In this document: piece by piece, positions 1 through 7,158 of the stretch
Position numbering within the stretch: the stretch's first letter is position 1
Layout of the letters: every line of letters starts with the position of its first letter
NCBI GenBank assembly: GCA_001000675.1
Contig: LCHW01000002.1
Location: 5,310 to 69,309 of the forward strand
DNA length: 64,000 nt
Origin: Candidatus Wolfebacteria bacterium GW2011_GWE2_44_13
Lineage (GTDB): Bacteria; Patescibacteriota; Minisyncoccia; UBA6257; UBA9933
Direction of reading: 5' to 3'
The notes under the pieces: generated by a model
Database searches by the model: none
What the model saw: only the letters and a program-made list of their open reading frames with translations
Told to the model about the DNA's origin: nothing
Position numbers and translations under genes: made by a program

Positions 1-204
1 GGGCAATATTTCTTAGTACTTTTTTAGAAAAAGTACTGCAAAAATCACGAACCGAAAATATTTCGGGGTCGCCTCCAAAACGGCAGAAACTCGGAACTCG
101 CACGCCAAGGGTAGGCGTGCTCAAACACCGAGCTTCTTCCGATATTTTTCCAGCGCCCTTTATCCGAAATATCTCCATGTTCGTAGATACAAGAGAGTAA
201 TTCT

Positions 205-297
205 GTCATTCCCGCGGAGGCGGGAATCCAGTATTGAATAGATTCCCGCCTCCCTGCTTTCGCATAAAGCTACAGCAAGGCAATGCGCGGGAATGAC
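205..297. repeat. REP/MITE-like palindromic element copy A. The left arm (GTCATTCCCGCGGAGGCGGGAATCCAG) is intact. The right arm (GATTCCCGCCTCC...CGCGGGAATGAC) is interrupted by an insertion of about 32 bp.
   Basis: Shares arms with the full copies at 17887 and 54831. Each arm also contains the nested palindrome CCCGCGGAGGCGGG. Confidence 0.8.
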
Positions 298-408
298 AGA
301 AGGCAATTAAAATCCTTGACTAAATAATAGCTATATTGTTAAATAAAGGCAGAATCTTTTAGAAGAGGAGCGGATGAGCCGTTCCCCACAATCACGAAAG
401 GAAGGAAG

Positions 409-1110
409 ATGATGAAACGAATCAAATGTGTTTTGCTGGTACTGGTGATGGCGTTGAGTTGCTTCGGAATGGCCGTGGCTGCGGAAGAGGCGTGCACCGA
501 AGGCAACTTTGCGGTATCTGAGCTGCCGGTGAATATCCACAGCTATCCGGAGCCGTGCTCAAAGATTATTTTGCCGGCTGACTCCTTGGTCTGGATGAAA
601 GTGCAGCGGCAGCCGCTTACCGCGAAATTCGGCGAGAACAAGGTTATCGTCAAGGAGCGCATGTTCCGCGTCGGCGGAACGCACACTGAGATCATTCTTC
701 GGCCGACAGAAAAGTACGAGTTTTATCTGCGGCCCGAGTACGACATGAAGATTACCGATGTGCCGAAACATCTTAAGGGTGGCGAAAACGCCCTGTGGTA
801 CGAAATCGCCTCGGCGAGCGGGCAAGTGGAATTCTTGAGCGAATTTGCAACGCAGGTCCATGTGCCGCGTGGCTGTAATATCAAGATTATGGCCGATGCT
901 GCCTTCAAGGTGAAGTACGCCGGCGAAGAGCGCGAGTGTGAAGCTGATCAGGTTGTAACGCTGGACGGTAAGGCGGGTGTCGACATCGTCGAAATCTACG
1001 GCATGGATCGCGATGGCGCGGCGGTTGTCGGGGTGAGTGTGCGCAAACCGCTGACGCTGGACAAAGAAAAACCGGCGCCCACGAAACAGCAAAAAAGAAA
1101 GATAGGCTAA
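409..1110 (+). CDS. secreted hypothetical protein (N-terminal signal peptide), GC-rich islet
   Basis: 233-aa ORF starting with tandem ATG ATG after an AGGAAGG RBS. N-terminus MMKRIKCVLLVLVMALSCFGMAVAAEEA looks like a signal peptide. The region is visibly GC-rich relative to its surroundings. Confidence 0.55.
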   Translation: MMKRIKCVLLVLVMALSCFGMAVAAEEACTEGNFAVSELPVNIHSYPEPCSKIILPADSLVWMKVQRQPLTAKFGENKVIVKERMFRVGGTHTEIILRPTEKYEFYLRPEYDMKITDVPKHLKGGENALWYEIASASGQVEFLSEFATQVHVPRGCNIKIMADAAFKVKYAGEERECEADQVVTLDGKAGVDIVEIYGMDRDGAAVVGVSVRKPLTLDKEKPAPTKQQKRKIG

Positions 1111-1144
1111 GCCAGCCAACGGCTGGCAAGTTTACAAGAACAGC

Positions 1145-1172
1145 AAAGCCCCTGATACGTCAGGGGCTTTTT
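1145..1172 (+). terminator. rho-independent terminator (AAAGCCCCTGAcgtCAGGGGCTTTTT)
   Basis: GC stem-loop followed by a T run, directly after the stop of the 409..1110 ORF. Confidence 0.6.
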
Positions 1173-1267
1173 ACTACCGTATATAACCAGTGCAGCTGCT
1201 AAAAAGATTGAGCGATAAAATGTGGAGAAGTAGGAAGACAGGGCGTGAAGGAACGGTATATAAAAAG

Positions 1268-1305
1268 CATATGTCCAAATGTACGGTCGTACATTTGGAC
1301 ATATG
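1268..1305. repeat. 38-bp perfect palindrome CATATGTCCAAATGTACG-GT-CGTACATTTGGACATATG, copy 1
   Basis: Two 18-bp arms are exact reverse complements. A second copy lies at 2038..2075, and the pair flanks the 1387..1977 gene. Confidence 0.85.
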
Positions 1306-1386
1306 TTGTAAGGGGATTGCATGGTATACTATTAAAAGTACGGAGGAGCTCACGAGAAATAAAAAAGAAAAGAGTGACAAGAATAT

Positions 1387-1977
1387 ATGCAATACAATTC
1401 TTCGCAAAAAGTTTTAGAAGCAATCAGCGAGGGGATTATATTTCCCTTGGATCTTTTTGAAGCGATTATCGAAAGCGGGTACGGAGCATCGAGCAGGAAG
1501 ATCGAAAATAGTTTTTATAAGATAAAAAACGGGAGAGCAAGGGAACAATTCAAAAAAGAAGAAGAGAAAAGAAGGAGGAAGGCATATGCCAGTCTTATGT
1601 ATAAATTAAAAAGAGATGGGTTAGTAAAAGAGAGCGGAGAAGGGGAAGAAAAGGAATATGCGCTTACTGTCAAAGGGGAACAAAAGTTAGAGATATTAAA
1701 AAGCAAAGATGGGTTTCCTGACACGTATTACACAAAGGAAAAAAGCAATAAGATTATTATCGTCATGTTCGATATTCCAGAGAAGGATGTGAGAAAGAGA
1801 ACTTGGCTGCGAATGGTATTAAACAATCTAGATTTTAAAATGGCACAAAAAAGTGTGTGGATTGGAAAGACGACAATACCGAAAGAACTGATAGGGGATC
1901 TTATGCGAATGCAGCTAGAAAGTTTCGTGGAAATATTTGAAGTAGGAAATACAGGAAACCTAAAGAATATCTTATAG
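1387..1977 (+). CDS. winged-HTH + Cas2-like (PaaX-like architecture) protein, flanked by palindromes
   Basis: 196 aa. The N-terminal half has a wHTH-like character (KAYASLMYKLKRDGLVKE). The C-terminal segment IIIVMFDIPEKDVRKRTWLRMVLNNLDFKMAQKSVWIG matches the Cas2/PaaX_C core pattern: a hydrophobic beta-strand, then [YF]D, R.R, L, and Q.SV[FW]. No cas1 gene or CRISPR array is nearby. Confidence 0.45.
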   Translation: MQYNSSQKVLEAISEGIIFPLDLFEAIIESGYGASSRKIENSFYKIKNGRAREQFKKEEEKRRRKAYASLMYKLKRDGLVKESGEGEEKEYALTVKGEQKLEILKSKDGFPDTYYTKEKSNKIIIVMFDIPEKDVRKRTWLRMVLNNLDFKMAQKSVWIGKTTIPKELIGDLMRMQLESFVEIFEVGNTGNLKNIL

Positions 1978-2037
1978 AAGGAATTGTGTCGGGAGTATGT
2001 CTATGTATCCGGGATAAGAAAATATACATATGTCCAA

Positions 2038-2075
2038 ATGTACGACCGTACATTTGGACATATAGGTAGGGGAAA
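2038..2075. repeat. 38-bp palindrome copy 2 (centre AC instead of GT, so inverted relative to copy 1)
   Basis: CATATGTCCAAATGTACG-AC-CGTACATTTGGACATAT(a); the arms are identical to copy 1. Confidence 0.85.
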
Positions 2076-2143
2076 AGGAAGATGAGGAACTGATCTGATA
2101 AGAAAAGGGAATTGCACAGCGCGATTCCCTTTTCTTATGTGTG

Positions 2144-2225
2144 TGCCGGGGACAGGACTTGAACCTGCATACCTTGCGGTGCTTGCTCCTAAGGCAAGTG
2201 CGTCTGCCAATTTCGCCACCCCGGC
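2144..2225 (-). tRNA. tRNA-Leu (anticodon TAG), type II with long variable arm
   Basis: The reverse complement reads GCCGGGGTGGCGAAATTGGCAGACGCA-CTTGC CTTAGGA GCAAG-CACCGCAAGGTATG-CAGGTTCAAGTCCTG-TCCCCGGC-A. It has a 7-bp acceptor stem, a D-loop, an anticodon loop CUUAGGA, and a T-loop GGTTCAAGTCC. Confidence 0.8.
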
Positions 2226-2386
2226 ATTTGAAACGTAAGAAAAGTATAAGAGAAACAGGAGAATCTGTACATATTGACAAATATATACAAATATGGTATA
2301 TATTAATACATAAGGTTGAACCTTGAAAACTTCATATAGAGACGAAATAAACCCATTTATTCGCTGAGGCGAGAGGAGAAGAGAGT

Positions 2387-3349
2387 ATGGAAACATTGGT
2401 AACAGCCGGGTTGTGGATGATCGGAGCAGGTTCGCTCACATGGTTTATTGCTCAGGGGATTTGTTCCCCGATTGAACCGGATAAATGTCGCATCATAACG
2501 CGACTCGGAAAGGCTACGGGGGCCGTAAGAGGCCCTGGAGTAACCTGGATTCCCCTTAAAGGAATGTGGTACGATTTTGTCGTACTACCGAGGATTTTTG
2601 AGATTCCGATTAAGGTAGAATTCGCGTTGCCAGATGAAACATATCCCACGATCGCCGAAGACGTAGTCGCACTCGTACGAGTTGCCGACGATGGCGGAGC
2701 GAAACTGCTTATCAACGGCGGGCAGGAAGGTGTTACGAAAAAGGTTTCACGAATTGCCGCCACCGAGATCGAAGAGTTCGCTGCCGATCCTGGTGAAGAA
2801 CCAAAGAATCTGGATCAAGCGAAGCGGATGAAGCCGACCTTCGTCTACCGGGCAGTAAAAGAACTAGTTGACGATGGGGTGCTAGATGCACTTGATGCAC
2901 TTCCGGACACCGAAAAGGCGAAGGCCTTGAAAAAACTGGAAGCCGACCTGTCAGACGACGGGGAAAGCTTCTCTATGTCGGTCTTCGGACTGGAACTCAT
3001 CGGTTTCAGTATGGGACGGCTCGTTGAGCCTCCCGCGATTACTGAAATCGCCATGAAGAAAAAGGTAGCGACGGAAGAGAACCAAATCAAGCAGGAGCAA
3101 GCCGTTGCACTTAATGAGAGGCTAAAAACTGTTGCTGAAGGAATGCCCGGAGCTTCGCTCTCGGACATTTCCAAGGTCATGTTCACGGCCGATGGAACAG
3201 TGAAGCCGATCGTCCATGAAACGGTTGTGCGTATCGAGCGCCCAGCGACGGCAGACGGAGGTCACCTTATGGATGACATACTCGCCGGCTGGGTTGCGGC
3301 GAATGCATCAAAAACTGGAGGAAAAGATGGCGGAAAAGGAAAAAGCTAA
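2387..3349 (+). CDS. SPFH/band-7 (stomatin/prohibitin-like) domain protein
   Basis: 320 aa, N-terminal TM helix (LVTAGLWMIGAGSLTWFIA) then a segment (TGAVRGPGVTWIPLKGMWYDFVVLPRIFEIPIKVEFALPD...AEDVVALVRV) resembling the SPFH fold, and an E/K/A-rich coiled C-terminus. The region is GC-rich. Confidence 0.45.
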   Translation: METLVTAGLWMIGAGSLTWFIAQGICSPIEPDKCRIITRLGKATGAVRGPGVTWIPLKGMWYDFVVLPRIFEIPIKVEFALPDETYPTIAEDVVALVRVADDGGAKLLINGGQEGVTKKVSRIAATEIEEFAADPGEEPKNLDQAKRMKPTFVYRAVKELVDDGVLDALDALPDTEKAKALKKLEADLSDDGESFSMSVFGLELIGFSMGRLVEPPAITEIAMKKKVATEENQIKQEQAVALNERLKTVAEGMPGASLSDISKVMFTADGTVKPIVHETVVRIERPATADGGHLMDDILAGWVAANASKTGGKDGGKGKS

Positions 3350-3887
3350 GCCGGCGACAGCACCCGGCAAGATGGAAAGTCTCGGCGCATCCCTCTTCAA
3401 ATGGGGGGTCGCCATATTGATCATCGTTGGAGGGTGGAACATGCTCTTCGGCGATGAAGCAAAGCCCGCCGCAGGCGTTGCGGTAACTGAGGCGACGCGG
3501 CAATATGCTGCGGCGCACGACTTTTCAAAGGTGGGGGACGATTTCCACAAAGTGTCCTTCACTGTTCCCGCTGGCGATAAATGGGTGTCGGTTGCATTGC
3601 CTGCAGACTATCACGTGGCATTCACGTGGAATGAAGCGGGAGGGATTGATAAAGGCGATGGGAAAGGCCCTCGCTGGTTCAAGAAAGACGAAAAGGTAAA
3701 GTTGGGTACGCTGGGAACGGCGGTCGACTTAACCTTCCCCGCAGGAGACACCGTGGAGGTACGGTTTTACCGACACGGGAAAACCGCACCTTCGCTCAAA
3801 ACCGCTGACACAGGGAAGAAACCAGCGGCAGCAAAAGAGAAGGAGGAGTTGAGGCCGGTTATCGTCGCCGGCTACGAACAGAAGTAA
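3327..3887 (+). CDS. membrane-anchored beta-rich protein, possible NfeD-like partner of the SPFH protein
   Basis: ATG at 3327 follows a GGAGGA RBS and overlaps the upstream stop by 23 nt, which suggests translational coupling. It has one TM helix (WGVAILIIVGGW) and a beta-rich C-terminal domain. Confidence 0.45.
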   Translation: MAEKEKAKPATAPGKMESLGASLFKWGVAILIIVGGWNMLFGDEAKPAAGVAVTEATRQYAAAHDFSKVGDDFHKVSFTVPAGDKWVSVALPADYHVAFTWNEAGGIDKGDGKGPRWFKKDEKVKLGTLGTAVDLTFPAGDTVEVRFYRHGKTAPSLKTADTGKKPAAAKEKEELRPVIVAGYEQK

Positions 3888-3917
3888 ATAGGGAAGTGGC
3901 AACGCTTCCCACGATAG

Positions 3918-3952
3918 CAAAAGCCCCCGAATATCGGGGGCTTTCTTTTTTA
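3918..3952. terminator. bidirectional terminator AAAAGCCCCCGAtatCGGGGGCTTTCTTTTTT between convergent genes
   Basis: GC hairpin flanked by an A run and a T run. Confidence 0.6.
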
Positions 3953-3971
3953 TTAACTAGAATACAGCTAC

Positions 3972-4316
3972 TTAGAGAGCTCCACCTGCGATTGCCTTTG
4001 CAACCTCGATAAGTCCCTTTGTAAGCGCACCAACGACGACTGCTACGAGAGCATAGGTAAGTGCTCTGCGAGCTTCGGTTACCTTTTTCTCGTCTCCTCC
4101 GCCTGTGAGGAACTTGAATGCGGCAAGCAAGATGTATACTGCTGCAACCGCAAGCAAGATAGCAAACATCCAGTTGCCAACTTTGTTAAGAATGGCAACG
4201 ATTGGTTCGACCCCTGTACCTACTGGTGCTGCTCCCCCAGGAAGGTTTTGAGCAAAACCGATAGCTGGCATAGCAAGTGCCACTGCTGTTACTGATGCTA
4301 GTGATATTTTTTTCAT
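3972..4316 (-). CDS. VirB2/TrbC-like small membrane protein (pilin-like) 1 of 3
   Basis: 114 aa: signal peptide, Gly-rich mature N-terminus, hydrophobic helix, a charged loop (TGGGDEKKVTEARRA), and a second hydrophobic helix. This is the T4SS-pilin architecture. Confidence 0.45.
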   Translation of the reverse strand: MKKISLASVTAVALAMPAIGFAQNLPGGAAPVGTGVEPIVAILNKVGNWMFAILLAVAAVYILLAAFKFLTGGGDEKKVTEARRALTYALVAVVVGALTKGLIEVAKAIAGGAL

Positions 4317-4348
4317 ATATATAGTATATCAAATAATACGACCTTTGT

Positions 4349-4726
4349 TCAAGCGCCAAGACCAATAACAAGTCCCTTAAAGATAGCAACCAGCCCGCGC
4401 GCAAGAATGATAATAACTAAACCGCCGAGTGCATAAACAATCGTTTGTCTACCAGTAATTATCTTTTTAGGGTCTCCTTGAGCAGTCATAATCTGAAATG
4501 CACCATAAAGAATCATGATGGCGGCCAACGAAGCTGCAATAGTGATGCCATATTCGATGACGCGATTAAGAACATCGGTAATCGTGGCGTCTCCAAAAGG
4601 ACTTGTAAATTTAACCGAAGATCCAATGGGTGCGTTGGGCGTTGTATCACCTTCAGCGCCGCCTACTGCGAGTACGGTTGACGTGAAAAGCGGAAAAGAA
4701 ATAATTGTTGCAAGTATTTTATACAT
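4349..4726 (-). CDS. VirB2/TrbC-like small membrane protein 2 of 3
   Basis: 125 aa with the same architecture (signal peptide and two hydrophobic helices separated by a QGDPKK loop). Confidence 0.45.
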   Translation of the reverse strand: MYKILATIISFPLFTSTVLAVGGAEGDTTPNAPIGSSVKFTSPFGDATITDVLNRVIEYGITIAASLAAIMILYGAFQIMTAQGDPKKIITGRQTIVYALGGLVIIILARGLVAIFKGLVIGLGA

Positions 4727-4754
4727 AAGAATGAAGTGTAAGGAATTTGCTGGG

Positions 4755-5153
4755 TTACTGGCAGTTTAGGTCTCTCCATGGCACGCCGTAGACGTCTCCG
4801 GTGCCAGTGAGTGCCCGCATGAGGATATCGACGAGAAACCATGCAGCAAGAACAAGAGCAAGTCCCTGGAGGGCTTGGAAAATGTGCGACTTACCTTTTG
4901 CGTACATCCCCGGGTTTGCGCCAGAAATCATCATTTGGTAGCCACCAAACATAATGAAGGCGACGGCAAGTATAATGGCTGCTTGCGATACAAAACTATA
5001 TATCGCCTTAACGGTTTCAAATAATGCGCAAAGAGAGCAGGATGTCGGATTCTGCTCATCGCATTGCACAAGACCAGAGCCAAAAACAGTAGGTGCTGCT
5101 AACAGGAAAACAAACGAGAGGGATAGGAGAGAAGCTAACAGAAGTTTTTTCAT
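4755..5153 (-). CDS. VirB2/TrbC-like small membrane protein 3 of 3 (Cys-containing variant)
   Basis: 132 aa; signal peptide, a Cys-rich segment (CDEQNPTSCSLC), and two hydrophobic helices. Confidence 0.4.
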   Translation of the reverse strand: MKKLLLASLLSLSFVFLLAAPTVFGSGLVQCDEQNPTSCSLCALFETVKAIYSFVSQAAIILAVAFIMFGGYQMMISGANPGMYAKGKSHIFQALQGLALVLAAWFLVDILMRALTGTGDVYGVPWRDLNCQ

Positions 5154-5207
5154 ATTCGTATACTACTAGTATAAACTGACAAATTACTCTTGTCGAACGA
5201 AAATCAA

Positions 5208-6497
5208 TCAGTACTGGCTGTTGATTTCGGCAGCGGCCTTATCAAGGGCTGACTGAGATTGGAACTGTCCAGTAAGGACGGACTCTATTGAGCGGGAAAG
5301 AGCGGTGCGATAACTTACATTATCATACTGGAAGGGTGCGCGAGCGGTAAGTGCTTGGCGGGCAAAGACGCTAATGCTTGGATTGCGAAGCGAATCGTTG
5401 ATAAGAGTGCGAAGTGCTGGAGGGTTGTTTGAACGGGTAGCATAAAGAGTTGCAAGCTTAGGGTCGGTCGTTGCGGCAATAACAAAACGCCATGCTTGCG
5501 CAATGTCTACGCTTTTTGCAGAAACGGCTAAGCCCCAATAATCAGCATAGTTAACTGGATTGGATAGATCGTTTTGGGGCATTGGATAAATGCCGAAGTT
5601 AAGGTAAGGGTTTTTTTGCACAAGCTGTTTTATATCACGTGCGTACCCAAAGGTCATTGCGGTATCTTCAGCACCAAAAGCATTGTCGGCATTTGCAAAG
5701 GCATCACTCCATGTATAGTACGGAGTATTAGGAGTAGAAAATTGCGTATAAAAGTCGAGTGCATTTTTTGCGCTTGCATCAAATGTTGCTCGTTGTCCTG
5801 TAACTTCAAGGCGCTGTGCACCAAACTGAAGCATTAGGAGGGAGAGAATGTCAGGTGCGTGTTCGATTGATTTACCTGATCCGCCAATCGCAATCGCAGA
5901 CTTCTTTAGCTGTTTGCTTGCAGTAAACTCAGTAAAGTAAGGAACAAGTGTTTTTACGTCACCCCATGTTGTAGGGGCAACGGCAACACCCTTGTTGTTA
6001 AAAAGGGTTTTGTTATAGAGCAGTGCTGGTGTGTCGATATAGAGCGGAAGGGCAAAGACATAGTCTAAGTAAACAAAATCTCGGGCAACAACATCAGGGA
6101 ATAGTGCTTTTAGCTCGCTTGGTTGAATTTGTGGATAATCAGCGGCCATAATCTTGTCACTATAACGCTGTACCCAACTGCGATGTACCATTAAGATATC
6201 AGGGCCGGTGTTTGTGGCCATTGCATTAAGAATAGTGCGATCATAGCGGTCTTCGGGCACTTGGGTATAACGAAGAACAACATTTGGATGTTCGAGCGTA
6301 TATTGTGATGTGAGTGTGGAAAAATTGCTTGGGTCCTCGATCCCCCAAATAGTAAGGGTGATTTTTGTAGCAGGCTCTTCGGAGTTTCCCTGTTGAAGAG
6401 AAGGAATAAGGTACACAAAGATGCCAATAAATAGGGCGATAGCAAGTGCTACTCCGCCGAGAATCATGATTTGAGTGCGTGTAAATTGCATATGCAT
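5208..6497 (-). CDS. ABC transporter substrate-binding protein, family 1 (sugar/oligosaccharide type), TM-anchored
   Basis: About 430 aa. The N-terminal TM anchor is followed by TLTIWGIEDP...YTQVPEDRYDRTILNAMATNTGPDILMV, typical of SBP_bac_1. The track start at 6509 is GTG; in-frame ATGs lie at 6497 and 6491. Confidence 0.7.
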   Translation of the reverse strand: MHMQFTRTQIMILGGVALAIALFIGIFVYLIPSLQQGNSEEPATKITLTIWGIEDPSNFSTLTSQYTLEHPNVVLRYTQVPEDRYDRTILNAMATNTGPDILMVHRSWVQRYSDKIMAADYPQIQPSELKALFPDVVARDFVYLDYVFALPLYIDTPALLYNKTLFNNKGVAVAPTTWGDVKTLVPYFTEFTASKQLKKSAIAIGGSGKSIEHAPDILSLLMLQFGAQRLEVTGQRATFDASAKNALDFYTQFSTPNTPYYTWSDAFANADNAFGAEDTAMTFGYARDIKQLVQKNPYLNFGIYPMPQNDLSNPVNYADYWGLAVSAKSVDIAQAWRFVIAATTDPKLATLYATRSNNPPALRTLINDSLRNPSISVFARQALTARAPFQYDNVSYRTALSRSIESVLTGQFQSQSALDKAAAEINSQY

Positions 6498-6549
6498 ATA
6501 GTATATCACGGAAAATAAAAATTTTCGTCATTTTTGGTATACTAACGCT

Positions 6550-7119
6550 ATGCAATATGCTTTATGGATTGGACTACTTTTTGTGCTTACGGGTGTGTGT
6601 ATTGTTATTATATTGAGCGCGTGCACACTCTTTAGGTCCTTATCGGGGATAGTGACTAAAAAGCATATCTCCTTTATTCCTGTGCCAGACGGTGCTCTTC
6701 CCTTATTAAAACGTATCACACCTCCGAGCGCCGGAGCTATTATCTATGACCTTGGATGCGGGGATGGAAAGATAGTGCTTTATTTGGCGACGCTTTTCCC
6801 AGAGGCAACATATATAGGAATAGAATATGATCTACTTCCGTATCTCATCGCAAAGGTAAAAACACGAAAGCATAGCAATATAACAATACGCTTCAAGAAC
6901 ATATTCAAAGAAGACCTAACAAAAGCGGATATCCTTATAGCCTACTTATTCCCTGAGCTATTAGATAAGCTATTGCCGAAACTAGAGAAAGAATTAAAGA
7001 AAGGTGTGTATGTATATTCATTCGATTACGCGTTTAGGAAAAAAGAAGCGCAAACAATTGAATATAATGAAGATGCATCGTTAAAAAGAGGAAAGCGTAT
7101 GCTGGTATACGAATTCTAA
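6550..7119 (+). CDS. class I SAM-dependent methyltransferase
   Basis: Motif I IIYDLGCGDGKIV and an N-terminal TM helix. Confidence 0.65.
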   Translation: MQYALWIGLLFVLTGVCIVIILSACTLFRSLSGIVTKKHISFIPVPDGALPLLKRITPPSAGAIIYDLGCGDGKIVLYLATLFPEATYIGIEYDLLPYLIAKVKTRKHSNITIRFKNIFKEDLTKADILIAYLFPELLDKLLPKLEKELKKGVYVYSFDYAFRKKEAQTIEYNEDASLKRGKRMLVYEF

Positions 7120-7152
7120 CCAAAAAGGAACGTTCTAAGCGTTCCTTTTTGG
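7120..7152. terminator. bidirectional terminator CAAAAAGGAACGTTctaAGCGTTCCTTTTTGG between the MTase (+) and gyrA (-)
   Basis: Perfect hairpin flanked by A and T runs between convergent stops. Confidence 0.65.
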
Positions 7153-7158
7153 TGCAAT

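Noticed and set aside
1268-2075. Possibility that the repeated 38-bp palindromes are a CRISPR array
   Set aside because: Only two copies, about 770 bp apart, with a protein-coding gene between them. No spacer-sized regular spacing and no cas1 gene. The REP copies are dispersed over 55 kb, so they are not an array either.
1972-2396. ORFs 1972..2280(-) and 2001..2396(-) overlapping the tRNA-Leu(TAG) gene and the 38-bp palindrome
   Set aside because: They translate tRNA and palindrome sequence (e.g. MSKCTVVHLDIC from the palindrome, AGVAKLADALA from the tRNA). The tRNA call explains the region.
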